A stretch of DNA of 64,000 nt from Candidatus Multivoradales bacterium (GCA_965223325.1 CBDCWI010000002.1:1632001-1696000); one strand, 5' to 3'; numbered from the stretch's first letter, positions 30,467 to 40,575 are shown. The notes: generated by a model from the letters alone, not told the origin. Made by a program: numbers and translations.

Positions 30467-30922
30467 GTGACTTCGCTGGTCGACTTCCTCCGCGCCCTCG
30501 GTCTGCTCCGCACCTCATCGGGCCCATCCTCGGGCCGAGAGGCAGATCGACATCCCGAAGGTGACGCTCCGGACGACACTCCGGATGTCGCTCTGGGCGA
30601 TGGAGTGCCAGACGCGATCGAAATCGAAATCACCGACGTGCTCGACCTGCACTCCTTCCCGCCGCGAGACGTGCGCGACATCACGCTCGCCTGGCTCGAC
30701 GAAGTGGTGCTGCGAGGGTTCTCCGAGGTGCGCGTCGTCCATGGCCGTGGCAAGGGCGTCCAGCGCAGAATCGTTCAGAGTGTCCTCTCGAAAGACCCGC
30801 GTGTCGTATCCTTCTGTGATGCGCCGGCGGGGCGTGGCGGTTGGGGCGCAACCGAAGTGCGGCTGGCGGTGCAGAGTGAACCGACGGCCGAGCAGTCCGA
30901 TGCAGGTTGCGATACCCGCTGA
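30467..30922 (+). CDS. stand-alone Smr domain protein
   Basis: LDLHSF, VRVVHGRGKGV and GGWGATEVRL. Confidence 0.9.
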   Translation: MTSLVDFLRALGLLRTSSGPSSGREADRHPEGDAPDDTPDVALGDGVPDAIEIEITDVLDLHSFPPRDVRDITLAWLDEVVLRGFSEVRVVHGRGKGVQRRIVQSVLSKDPRVVSFCDAPAGRGGWGATEVRLAVQSEPTAEQSDAGCDTR

Positions 30923-30994
30923 GCTTGCGGCCGTCACCGTCGCCTATGCGATTCGCCTGCCCAACCTGAAGACCCGACCTCGGAACCACCGACC

Positions 30995-31750
30995 TTGACC
31001 GTAGAAACTGACCAGGAGCTCGCACTCCTGCGTGCGATTGGTGCGATCGTCGCCGACTGCATGCACCATATGGCCGACGCCCTCGAACCTGGGCTGACAA
31101 CCGGAGAGCTCGACGCAGTGGGCGCGCAGTTTCTCGAGACCAGGGGCGCGCTCTCAGCCCCGCGGGTCACGTACAACTTCCCCGGTGCCACCTGCATCAG
31201 CATCAATGAGGAAGTGGCGCACGGGATCCCTGGAGAACGCCGCATCGAGAGCGGAGACCTGGTGCACATCGACGTTTCGGCATCCAAGGATGGCTACTTC
31301 GCCGACACCGGCGCGACGTTCATCATCGGCGAAGCGAGCGACATTCAGAAACGTGTCTGTGCCGCCGGTCGGTGCGCGCTCGATGCCGCGATGTCGGCAG
31401 CACGCACCGGTGCTCGGCTCCGCGACGTCGGCCGAGCGATGGAAGAGGAAGCGACCCAAGCCGGCTTCCGCGTGATCCGCAACCTCTGCTCCCACGGCAT
31501 CGGTCGTGCCTTGCACGAAGAACCGGAGTCGATCTGCGCCTACGAATCGCCGCGCGAGACCCGCACTCTCTCTAGAGGCCAGGTGCTGACGCTCGAGCCC
31601 TTCGTGACCGACGGCGAACCCATCGCCACCCAGGCCGCAGACGGTTGGACGCTGCTCAACCGAAGAGGCGCCTGGACGGCGCAGTACGAACACACCCTGG
31701 TGATCACCGACTGCGAGCCCATCGTGTTGACAGAGCCCTCCGGCGGCTAG
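30995..31750 (+). CDS. map: type I methionine aminopeptidase
   Basis: TCISINEEVAHGIP, IDVS, ADTG, HGIGRALHEEP, LTLEP and AQYEHT. Confidence 0.96.
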   Translation: MTVETDQELALLRAIGAIVADCMHHMADALEPGLTTGELDAVGAQFLETRGALSAPRVTYNFPGATCISINEEVAHGIPGERRIESGDLVHIDVSASKDGYFADTGATFIIGEASDIQKRVCAAGRCALDAAMSAARTGARLRDVGRAMEEEATQAGFRVIRNLCSHGIGRALHEEPESICAYESPRETRTLSRGQVLTLEPFVTDGEPIATQAADGWTLLNRRGAWTAQYEHTLVITDCEPIVLTEPSGG

Positions 31751-32301
31751 CCCGCTCCAGCGTCACGGCGCCCGGCCGGGCGATCGATCGCGAACTGATT
31801 GAGCTCTTCATCGTCGCCGGGAAGAATCACCGTGCCTACGAACCGCATGCCCACTTTCTCGAGCACCCGCATCGAAGCGCCGTTGGTCTTGCTAGTGATC
31901 GCCAGAATCCGTTCGAGTCGATGCTCGCGGAAAGCCCGCTCGAGTACCCACGAAGCGGCTTTGCTCGCCAGGCCATGGCCGAAAAACGACTCGAGGAGGG
32001 CGAAGCCCAGGTCGGGATGTGCCAGACCCGGCCGCACAACCAGTCCAGCGACGCCAACCGGTGATTCGGGATCTTCCGGGAGCACGACCGCCTCGAGACC
32101 GAAGCCATTTTCTCGATAGCTCGCGAGCGGCCCCTCGTCGAGGTACCGAAGAGCGTCCTCGACCGTACGGACGCCGCGATCGCCGATGAACTGGTGAAAA
32201 GACGGTTGATTGAGCAACTCGAGCATGAACGCCGCGTCTTTCGCCGCGAGGGGACGAATACGGATCTCGAGGCTCTCGGGCTCAGCTCCTTCTTCAGCCA
32301 T
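31747..32301 (-). CDS. GNAT N-acetyltransferase (RimJ/RimL-like)
   Basis: DAAFMLELLNQPSFHQFIGDRGVR, DLGFAL..GHGLA and NGASMRVLEKVGM. Confidence 0.9.
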   Translation of the reverse strand: MAEEGAEPESLEIRIRPLAAKDAAFMLELLNQPSFHQFIGDRGVRTVEDALRYLDEGPLASYRENGFGLEAVVLPEDPESPVGVAGLVVRPGLAHPDLGFALLESFFGHGLASKAASWVLERAFREHRLERILAITSKTNGASMRVLEKVGMRFVGTVILPGDDEELNQFAIDRPAGRRDAGAG

Positions 32302-32347
32302 CGACTCTCCCAAGTCGTCAGTGTAGACGAAGGGCCTCCGGAAGGGG

Positions 32348-32965
32348 TCAGGTTTCTGAGGGCAGTCGCAGGTCGCCGATGCGTTCGAAGTAGTACCGCA
32401 GGGTGACATTGGAGCCAAGATCACGAGGGCAGCCGAAGGTGAAGCGGAGGCGTGCCGCGCCGGCAATCTTGTCGATGTCGTCGGCCGCTACCAGAGGGTC
32501 GACACCCGACACCTCCCAAAGTTCTGCCTCGGGCAAGCCGACCTCCGTCGACACTGCCGCTGCTCTTAGATCGGTCCCGATCGGTACCAACGAGAAATCC
32601 CACGGATCCCAATGCTGCATCTCGCCACCGGCCCTGGTGGGTGTGATCGTGCATTCGACCTCCCAGAACGACAGCGCTACTTCACCGTCGTCTTCTGGTG
32701 GACCCTCTCCGTCATCGGGGTCTCTCGGCCGGGCGGTTGAACGCACGTGATGCAGCTCGAAGTGTGCATCACGGAGCACGCTCGACTTGGCCTCGAACAG
32801 CCGGGTACCGAAAGCGCGCAAGCTGCGACGGCCCAGCCAGCGCAATACGAAAACCAGGACGACGAACAGGACAAACAGCACAACCAGTGCCCGGAGAGCG
32901 GTGGTGACGAAACTGAGAGCCACGATGAACCCAGCTGCGCTTGAACCAGACGGGAGCGTCGGCAT
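32348..32965 (-). CDS. hypothetical membrane-anchored protein
   Basis: N-terminal TM segment; AAGGA RBS upstream of MPTLP. Confidence 0.6.
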   Translation of the reverse strand: MPTLPSGSSAAGFIVALSFVTTALRALVVLFVLFVVLVFVLRWLGRRSLRAFGTRLFEAKSSVLRDAHFELHHVRSTARPRDPDDGEGPPEDDGEVALSFWEVECTITPTRAGGEMQHWDPWDFSLVPIGTDLRAAAVSTEVGLPEAELWEVSGVDPLVAADDIDKIAGAARLRFTFGCPRDLGSNVTLRYYFERIGDLRLPSET

Positions 32966-33184
32966 CGGACTCGATCCTTTCTGAGCGTTTGAAGATTCAG
33001 ATTCCGGCAGCGGCGCCGAACCCGAAACAGACGTCAATCTAGTGAAGGTGTGCCCGAAACGAAGGCGGAACACACAGACGTCCGGTAAGACGTCAGCGGG
33101 CCAATTCTTGCCGATTGTTGCTGAAACAGCTGGATGATCGTACCGGTGTCTGGCCTTCGCCGTATGTGCCTGAGAACACAGGAT

Positions 33185-33250
33185 TCTTGGGAATATCTTG
33201 GACTGTACCTGAAAGGTTCTTGAAGACTTATTGAATAATTCTTGAATATA
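33185..33250 (+). promoter_or_regulatory. six 11-bp-phased imperfect direct repeats (TCTTGRA-like) upstream of M10 protease 1
   Basis: tcttgggaata|tcttggactgt|acctgaaaggt|tcttgaagact|tattgaataat|tcttgaatata. Confidence 0.6.
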
Positions 33251-33331
33251 TGGCTAATCTTCGATATCTTTGTTCCGTCGCGATCGGCTTGGGAGAGCAC
33301 GAGCGACGCCAACAACGACCGCAGGGTAGCC

Positions 33332-34606
33332 ATGAACATTTCAAGTCTGATCCCGTCTGCTTCCGCCCTGATGCTGCTGTGCAGCCTCGCTGGCCCCACT
33401 CTCGCCGTAAGCCCTTCTGAGTTTCCGCGCCCGGACCTGGTGTTCGCGCCCGGTACGCCGCAGCACTACGTCGACAACATGAACGAACGCTACGGCACGC
33501 TCGACAGCATGACCTCCCGCGCCCACGCCGGCTCGCGCTGGATCGCGACGGCGACCGATGGCGGTGGCCTTCAGCCCGGCGACCCGATCACCTTGACCTG
33601 GGGCTACCTGGCCGAGGGAACGATGATCGAGGGCGACGCCGGCGAGGCGGCCTCGCCCAACAACTTCCACGCCTGGATGAACTCGCTCTACCCGGGCGGC
33701 TTCGCCGAGTGGCACCCGCTCTTCGTCTCGATGTTCGAGCGCTGGGGGGCGGTGGCCGGGATCACCTACGTCTACGAACCGAACGACGACGGTGCCGAGT
33801 TTCCCCGCGAGCGCGGACTCCTCGGCGTACGGCCCGACGTTCGCATCGGCGCACACCGCATCGACGGCAACTACGGAATGCTCGCCTACAACTCCTACCC
33901 CACCCGCGGCGACATGATCCTCGACTCTTACGACGCCTACTTCGACAGTAAGGCACTCAACTCGCTGCGGCTGCGTAACACCATCGCCCACGAGCATGGT
34001 CATGGCATCGGCCTGCGTCACGTCTGCCCCGCCAACGGCACCAAGCTGATGGAGCCCTGGCTGTCGACCAACTTCGACGGTCCACAGCACGACGACATCC
34101 TCGGTGCGCAGCAGCACTATGGCGATCCCAACGGCGCCAACAACTGGTCCTCCACGGCAACAGCGCGCTCTACGACCTCAACCACCTCCTACGCCAGCAT
34201 CGACTCAGGAACCGAGGAGGACTGGTTCTCGGTCCAGCTACGTGCTGACGAACCGATCGATGTCCGCGTGATCGCCGAAGGTGCCGCCTACAGCATCGGT
34301 TCCGAAGACGACGCGTGCCAGATCAGAAACGACGACTCGCGACTCCATCGCGACCTGGGAGTCGAGTTCCTCGACCGCAACGGGCAGACGGTGCTCGCCT
34401 CTTCCGACACCTTCGGTCCCGGCGGCACCGAGCGCTTTCAGGTCCGCGCCCCGAACACAGGGCGCTACTTCGTACGCGTACACGGCGCGTCCGGCCTCGG
34501 AGTTCAGCCCTATCGACTGCAACTCACCGGCGAGCGCACCGCGAACCCGCTCATCAGCTTCAACGACTTCGAAGGGGGTAAGGCGAACGTGTTCCATCGG
34601 CCCTGA
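33332..34606 (+). CDS. secreted matrixin-like (M10) zinc metalloprotease with PPC-type C-terminal domain
   Basis: Signal peptide, HEHGHGIGLRH zinc motif, LMEP Met-turn and EEDWFSVQL..GRYFVRV (PPC). Confidence 0.88.
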   Translation: MNISSLIPSASALMLLCSLAGPTLAVSPSEFPRPDLVFAPGTPQHYVDNMNERYGTLDSMTSRAHAGSRWIATATDGGGLQPGDPITLTWGYLAEGTMIEGDAGEAASPNNFHAWMNSLYPGGFAEWHPLFVSMFERWGAVAGITYVYEPNDDGAEFPRERGLLGVRPDVRIGAHRIDGNYGMLAYNSYPTRGDMILDSYDAYFDSKALNSLRLRNTIAHEHGHGIGLRHVCPANGTKLMEPWLSTNFDGPQHDDILGAQQHYGDPNGANNWSSTATARSTTSTTSYASIDSGTEEDWFSVQLRADEPIDVRVIAEGAAYSIGSEDDACQIRNDDSRLHRDLGVEFLDRNGQTVLASSDTFGPGGTERFQVRAPNTGRYFVRVHGASGLGVQPYRLQLTGERTANPLISFNDFEGGKANVFHRP

Positions 34607-34640
34607 GCCGCCCACCGTTCGCCGACCTCTCGATCGGGCG

Positions 34641-34784
34641 AGAGGCCGGAGAAGGGTCTCGACGAGCGCTGCCCGGCTCCTCCCCCGGTCAGCGTCCTCT
34701 CCCACGGGGTCTTACGAGGCTCCGGGATCCTGACCCACCCTGCGGCGCCCAGCAGCGTTCCTCAGAGACCCTTCTCCGGCCTCT
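34641..34784. repeat. perfect 20-bp inverted repeat enclosing about 104 bp
   Basis: AGAGGCCGGAGAAGGGTCTC (34641-34660) and GAGACCCTTCTCCGGCCTCT (34765-34784); inner GAGCGCTGC/GCAGCGTTC. Confidence 0.85.
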
Positions 34785-34969
34785 TGCGCCCCGACCCACC
34801 CTCATGACGAGGGCTCTTTCTCATTGAGCCTCACTCCTTTGCCGCGCTCGACTCTCGCCAGGGTTTGCCATACTCAGCCTCACGTTTGATGCCTGACATC
34901 CGAGGCACCAGCGCAGGGTCCGTGCCGATCGGCGACCGGTCACCGGCCGGGTGCACCAGGCGAAGCCCG

Positions 34970-35923
34970 ATGAATCCCATGACAGAAGCCCACCTCCACC
35001 GACCGAGAGTCTCAGCGTCTCTCAGAAGTCTCGCGCGGCCGCGGAGTTCTTCCCTAGCGTTTGCGGTCTCCGCTTTCGCCATGCTTCTGTACGGCGGTCT
35101 CGTGTCCTCGCAACAGGCTCCCGACCTCTCCTGGGCTCGCGTGACCTGGTCGGAACTCGAGCTCAAGGCGAAGAAGCTCTTGATGACGGCGACCGCCAGA
35201 GTCGAGCTCACGCCGGTACCAGGAGCAAAGGCACGGGAACAACTCGGCCCGCTCGGCTCCGGCACGCCGCGCATGCCGAGAGAGACGGCCATCCAACTCG
35301 GTTTGCACTCAGACTTCGTCGGTCGCCGCTCGAGTACCAGGCTGTGGGTCGACCCCGCCGACGCCTCGGCCTTCGAGCGCCACCAGATCGAGAGTGGCAA
35401 GCGCCAGCGCTCGAAACGCTATCGCTACGCTAGCGAAGGGGTCTGGTCCGAGCGTCTGGTCCCGAGAGACAAGTCTGAGAGAACCCTCGCACCCGAGCGT
35501 TGGAGCGACCGACAGGAAAAGTTCGACCAGCTCCCCGCAGCCAGGACGCGCGGTCTGAGCGAGCCCGGCGCGCTCCTCTACCTGATCTCGGCAGCGGCAA
35601 TCGAGGACCTCGAGCAAGGCATCACCTTTCCGGTCTTCACCCGCGGGCAAACGACGGCGGTCGTCGCTCGCGGCGTCAAGCGGGTTGCCGTGCCGGTGAA
35701 CTTCAACGTCGCGGGCAAAACCATCTCAGGTGACCGTGCCGCACTCCTGGTAACCCTCGACGCCGAGTCCACCGACGGAAAGGAAGAGTTCGAGTTGCTC
35801 GGTCTCGAAGGTGACATCGAGATCTACCTCGATCTCGAGCACCGCATGCCGCTCATGATCTCGGGACGGGTCTCACCGGTGGGAAAGGTGAACATTCGCC
35901 TGACCCGGGCGACCCTGCGCTAG
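34970..35923 (+). CDS. hypothetical exported protein (DUF3108-like beta-rich)
   Basis: Hydrophobic N-region; C-terminal DIEIYLD..RMPLMISGRV..GKVNIRL resembles the DUF3108 end; start uncertain. Confidence 0.6.
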   Translation: MNPMTEAHLHRPRVSASLRSLARPRSSSLAFAVSAFAMLLYGGLVSSQQAPDLSWARVTWSELELKAKKLLMTATARVELTPVPGAKAREQLGPLGSGTPRMPRETAIQLGLHSDFVGRRSSTRLWVDPADASAFERHQIESGKRQRSKRYRYASEGVWSERLVPRDKSERTLAPERWSDRQEKFDQLPAARTRGLSEPGALLYLISAAAIEDLEQGITFPVFTRGQTTAVVARGVKRVAVPVNFNVAGKTISGDRAALLVTLDAESTDGKEEFELLGLEGDIEIYLDLEHRMPLMISGRVSPVGKVNIRLTRATLR

Positions 35924-35937
35924 CCGAGATCCTTTCT

Positions 35938-38409
35938 TCAAGCGTCGAGCGGCTCGCCGGTATCGAACAACGGCTGCGCGATGCCGCTTGTCGAAAGTGA
36001 CCAGGGCGTCCACAACAGAAGCTGCTGGTTGACTGCGATATCAGTCTTGAGGGGACGCACGTCAATGCGCTCGAGCTCAGTGTCGGCCTCCTCGAGCCGC
36101 TCTCGCAGCGCGTCGAGCTCCCGCGCCGCCTCGGCCTCCAACTCGGTTTGCTGTTCGAGCAACACCTCGAGCTTCTCCTCGGCGTGCTCGACGTCTTCTC
36201 GATCTTTCGAGCTGCGGCCGAAACCACGAATCGCCATCCCGGCGCGTCGAACGGCGGTGGCGCTGAGCTTCTTGCGCCCCATGAGAGTCCCGAGAACCCC
36301 TACACCGACATTGACCAGCGCGGAGCGCTTGCTGTCTTTGAGTTGCACCTTCTCCTTCTCGACCCGCTGGCGCGCCGTCAGGAGTTTCCCCTCGAGCGAC
36401 TCGAGCTTCTTGGCGTAGCTTTGACGCAGCTTCTCCACTGCTAGATCGCGCGCTTCCTTGAGGTCCTGCTGAATACGGCGTCGAAAGTCGCCCTCGGTTT
36501 CGCCAGGCTCGGAGTACTGCTTGAGTCCAGGGTGTTTCCAGATGGTCTCGAGCTGGGTGCGGTAGAGCTCCGACGACATCTTCTTCGCCGCCGCACTCCA
36601 GGATTTCTCGCGCATGCCCGGCGCGGCGAGCGGCGCGAAGCGGGCCCCCTTCTCGGGCCGCTTCCAGAGCTTCGGCTCCTCGGGCAGGCGCGCCGCCTCT
36701 TCCCAGCTGAGGCTGCGCGAACCCTCCTCGATGGGCGCAACCAGAAAGATCTCTCGCCAATCATCGAGACCAACACTGGTGCGCTTGAAATGCATCTCCG
36801 CCGCACCGAACATCATTGGCCGGTAGACCAGCTCCTGGTTGTCCTGCAGGTCCTCCTGCGGACGAAGGAAGCGCTCCACCACCGCCGCCGGCAGCTGCGG
36901 CCGCTCGGCAGCTTCGGAAGCCTCGGCTGCGACCTTGTTGGCCGAAGCCTCGCGAGCCTTCTCTTTCGCAGTCGGCCTGGTGAGTGCGCGGCGCGCCCCC
37001 TCCATGAGGCGTTGAATCTCCGCCCGCACCAGCGGCCCGCGCAAGTAGGAGAGCACCCAGCGGGTCTCGAGCACGACCGGTGCATCTTCGTGCACATTGT
37101 TGAGCAGGAAGCGGCGCTTACCGAGCCGACCAATCGTCTCTTCAAGCTCGCTCTTGTCGAGTTCCCGGCCGGCATCGGTCGACGCACCCTCGAGACCGCC
37201 CAGCACCCGCGCACGATCACGCTCCGTCTGAAGGCGGCCAATGAACCAGCTGCCGCAGTTCGAGAGGCCTTTGTAGTCGAGATCGACCGGGTTCTGCGTC
37301 GCCAGCAGGACACCGACGCCGTAGGCGCGCGCCTGCTTGAGCAGCGTCAGCATCGGGACCTTGGAGGGCGGATTCGCCGTTGGCGGAAAGAAGCCGAAGA
37401 TCTCGTCCATGTAGAGGAGGGCCCGAAGACTGCTGGTTCCGGTCTGCGACCGCATCCACGAGACCATCTCGTTGAGAATCAACGTGACCACGAACATCCG
37501 CTCGGCATCACTCAAGTGAGCAATCGAAATGACCGAGATCTTCGGCCGCCCGTCGGGACCGTACAGGAGGTTCCCGATATCGAGTGGCGCACCTTCCATC
37601 CAGGCCGAGAACCCGGGTGACGCCAGCAGGTTGTTGAGCGACATCGCCAGAGCGCTACGCTCCTTTGCCGGCAGGAACGTCTCGAGATCCATCACTCCCA
37701 GGCGATCGAACGGCGGCTCGACGATGGCGCGGATCATTCCCGCAAGATCGAGATCCTGACCGTCGCGCCAGGAATGGTCGAGGATGTTCGAGATCAGAAT
37801 ATGCTCGCGACTCTGCAGCGGATCGGCCTCGATGCCCAGAAGCGACAGCAGCCCTGAAACCGCCGACTGGGTGCGCTCGCGCAGCGCGTCCGGGTCATCT
37901 CGAACGGCCTCGCCCGGGGCGGCAAAGGACCGCAGCACCGAAAGCGAAAGCCCCGAAGTCGCACCGGGGGTGTAGATCGACACCTCGGCAGCTTCCCTGA
38001 AACGTTGGATCCGGGATGGTTCCTGACCCCACTCAGCCAGACCGTTCTTCCACAGCTCGGCCGTGTCAGCGGCGTACTCGGCCGTCGAACGACCGTTGCG
38101 GGTCGCCTCGGCCGGATCGACCCAGGGCTCGAAGTCCTCTGGCCGTAGCTGGGGGAAGGTCAACATGAGGTTGCCCATGTCTCCCTTGGGATCGATGACC
38201 AGACTGGGAATGCCATCGATCGCAGCCTCCTCCAGGATGCCCACCGAAAGACCCGTCTTGCCGCTCCCCGTCATGCCGACAATCACCCCATGCGTGGTCA
38301 GGTCACGCGAGTCGTAGAGCACCGGCTCGTCGCTGGGCTCACCGTCTTCCGCGACGCGCCGACCAAGGTAGAAGGTCCCGAGTTTTTCGTAGTCCGCTGC
38401 TGCAACCAT
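35938..38409 (-). CDS. HerA/FtsK-superfamily ATPase (DUF87/DUF853-like) with C-terminal coiled coil
   Basis: THGVIVGMTGSGKT (Walker A), IDPKGD, LLYMDEIFG (Walker B) and LATQNPVDLDYK. Confidence 0.88.
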   Translation of the reverse strand: MVAAADYEKLGTFYLGRRVAEDGEPSDEPVLYDSRDLTTHGVIVGMTGSGKTGLSVGILEEAAIDGIPSLVIDPKGDMGNLMLTFPQLRPEDFEPWVDPAEATRNGRSTAEYAADTAELWKNGLAEWGQEPSRIQRFREAAEVSIYTPGATSGLSLSVLRSFAAPGEAVRDDPDALRERTQSAVSGLLSLLGIEADPLQSREHILISNILDHSWRDGQDLDLAGMIRAIVEPPFDRLGVMDLETFLPAKERSALAMSLNNLLASPGFSAWMEGAPLDIGNLLYGPDGRPKISVISIAHLSDAERMFVVTLILNEMVSWMRSQTGTSSLRALLYMDEIFGFFPPTANPPSKVPMLTLLKQARAYGVGVLLATQNPVDLDYKGLSNCGSWFIGRLQTERDRARVLGGLEGASTDAGRELDKSELEETIGRLGKRRFLLNNVHEDAPVVLETRWVLSYLRGPLVRAEIQRLMEGARRALTRPTAKEKAREASANKVAAEASEAAERPQLPAAVVERFLRPQEDLQDNQELVYRPMMFGAAEMHFKRTSVGLDDWREIFLVAPIEEGSRSLSWEEAARLPEEPKLWKRPEKGARFAPLAAPGMREKSWSAAAKKMSSELYRTQLETIWKHPGLKQYSEPGETEGDFRRRIQQDLKEARDLAVEKLRQSYAKKLESLEGKLLTARQRVEKEKVQLKDSKRSALVNVGVGVLGTLMGRKKLSATAVRRAGMAIRGFGRSSKDREDVEHAEEKLEVLLEQQTELEAEAARELDALRERLEEADTELERIDVRPLKTDIAVNQQLLLWTPWSLSTSGIAQPLFDTGEPLDA

Positions 38410-38493
38410 CGTAACCTCTCATCGAACGCGGGAGTCGCCGGGCCCGTCCCTCGACCTCAGACCTTCTCCAGGGCAGACGGTCCCTCGCTCTTG

Positions 38494-40575
38494 CTACCCG
38501 GCAGGCACTCCACGATAGCGGACGATCTCGGAGTCGAACAGCACCGCGCCTTCGCCTTTGCTGACGATCAGCTTCTCGAAGTGGTCAACCACTTTCTGGC
38601 GGCGCTCTTCGAGGCGTTCCATCTCCCACTCCTGCAGCACATCGCCCAGTTCGCGCTCGAGAACCGGGGCATCCAGGTCACGGAGGCGTTCGAACATCAC
38701 CCGCTCGACGCGCCGCAAGTCTTCGAGAGCCGGGATCTCGCTGCTGGCGCCAAAGGCACGCGTGTGGTCGATCAACCACAACTGCCAGGACTCGTCAATC
38801 AGGAGGTTGCCCTGGTTGCGGTCAGTGTTCATGATGACCGCGTCGAAGACTTTCATGACCGCCTGCTGGTTCTGCCAGTCGATCGGAATCGGAGCCCAGT
38901 CCTTCTCTTTCTGACGGTCACCCTCAGTGCGCGCCTTCTCGACCCATAGTTGAAACGACGCCGGTCCACCTCGCCACGTTCGCTGCACGGCGACTGGCAC
39001 CATGTCGAGGCGCAAGAGACGGGCCAGGCGGTAGGCGGCAACCTCGAAACGATGGGAATCGATGAACGGAGCCAGCAAGCGGCCGTCTTTCAGGCGATGC
39101 TTCGCCTGGTGCTTGTCGACTGTTCTGATCACGGCCCGCGCGATGATGTCGCGGCCTTCGAGATCGACGCGCGTCGGCTTGTTGACACCGGTTGGAATCT
39201 GATCTTCGCCGATGATCTTCGCGGTTGCCAGGAACTCCTCGACTTCCCGATGGCTACCAAACGGCAGCACGGTGTCGCTGGGCCCGAGCCAGCGGTGCCG
39301 CGTGGTCCGGGTCAAGGTCGGGGGCAGCGGGGCGCCAGGACCGAAGTTGTCCGGCGGTGGCGGCACCTCGAGAAGGACCTCCTCGTCCGAATCAGCGTAG
39401 ATCACTCTCCAAACGCCATCGTCGGTGATCTCGAACGCCGAGGCGCGCCCGCCATAGGTTCGCTTGAGCATGCCCGTATCCAACAGAACGACTCGGCCAC
39501 CGAACCTCGGAGTCACGCGAAACCCCTTGATCGGAGTGTGACCAACAACCAATGCTCGGGCGCCTAGCCGCTCGAGATGTTGGGTGACGAGCACATTCCC
39601 CTCTTCGTCGTCCCAACGCGCGAAGCCTCGAAACCAGAGTGGCCCATCGGGATCAACCAGAGTCCATTCGTCGTAGCCACGACAATCGGCCAAGGCTTCG
39701 AGTGAACCTTCGAAGAAGGCACGCTGCTCGGGGTCGAGCTTGCGATCGAGTTGCTCGAGCAGGTACTCACGCTCGAGATCACCGGCACGGGCGAGCTCGT
39801 AGGCCCCCGCCGTAGCCGTAGCGACGCCACCTTCGACCGCCATGCTGCGGCAGCGGTCGTAGGTCTCGAGCTCCCAACGAACACGCTCGTTGAACTCTTC
39901 GAGGCTCTTCGTGCCGTGGGTTGGATGCAGGCCCGCGTGCAAGAAGATCACGTCTTCGACCCGCGCGATGATCGGCAGCGTCCGCAACCAGGAACCGATT
40001 GCACCAGCAGGTGACAGCGCCGCCTGGTACTCAATCCAACCGGGTGGGCGGTTGGCGAGAAACTCCTCTTTGTCTTTGTTTGACGTTCCAGCTGCACCGC
40101 GACGCTTGCCGAGTCGCTTGCTGCGCCGCTCGAGGAACAGAACGTGGTCTTCCCAGGCCTGCGCGCGACGGTCCTCCGAGTGCTCGTCGATGAACTCGGC
40201 CAGTGCATCTGCAGCGACGTCGCGGTAGATGCCGAGCAGGTTCATGCCCTCGTGGTTGCCCAGCAGCACGGTCACGCGACCATTGTCCTGGGGGGCTTCG
40301 CGCTGCAGTCGTTTGAGCAGCTCGACGACCCGAATGTGGTCGGGGCCTCGGTCGAGAAAGTCGCCGGTCTGGACGAGGTGCGTACTGCCACCGCTCCAGC
40401 GCAGCTCTTCGTCGACCAGCTCGAGTTTTGAAAGAAGCGCGGTCAACGAATCGTAGTCGCCGTGAATATCCGCAATCGCCACCACCCGGGCCGCCACCGG
40501 GCCGGTCGCCGCGAGCGACAACAAGACGAGAAGCCCTGCGATGAGGGCCTGCCAGCCACTGAGTCGCAGTCGCAC
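38494..40575 (-). CDS. exported fusion: Shewanella-like PPP metallophosphatase plus atypical (PI3K/HipA/Fam20-like) kinase domain
   Basis: Signal peptide; phosphatase motifs ADIHGD, GDFLDRG, GNHE, HAG, GPLWFR, GHT and LDTG; C-terminal FEVAAYRL, NTDRNQGNLLI and LIDHTRAF. Confidence 0.85.
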   Translation of the reverse strand: MRLRLSGWQALIAGLLVLLSLAATGPVAARVVAIADIHGDYDSLTALLSKLELVDEELRWSGGSTHLVQTGDFLDRGPDHIRVVELLKRLQREAPQDNGRVTVLLGNHEGMNLLGIYRDVAADALAEFIDEHSEDRRAQAWEDHVLFLERRSKRLGKRRGAAGTSNKDKEEFLANRPPGWIEYQAALSPAGAIGSWLRTLPIIARVEDVIFLHAGLHPTHGTKSLEEFNERVRWELETYDRCRSMAVEGGVATATAGAYELARAGDLEREYLLEQLDRKLDPEQRAFFEGSLEALADCRGYDEWTLVDPDGPLWFRGFARWDDEEGNVLVTQHLERLGARALVVGHTPIKGFRVTPRFGGRVVLLDTGMLKRTYGGRASAFEITDDGVWRVIYADSDEEVLLEVPPPPDNFGPGAPLPPTLTRTTRHRWLGPSDTVLPFGSHREVEEFLATAKIIGEDQIPTGVNKPTRVDLEGRDIIARAVIRTVDKHQAKHRLKDGRLLAPFIDSHRFEVAAYRLARLLRLDMVPVAVQRTWRGGPASFQLWVEKARTEGDRQKEKDWAPIPIDWQNQQAVMKVFDAVIMNTDRNQGNLLIDESWQLWLIDHTRAFGASSEIPALEDLRRVERVMFERLRDLDAPVLERELGDVLQEWEMERLEERRQKVVDHFEKLIVSKGEGAVLFDSEIVRYRGVPAG

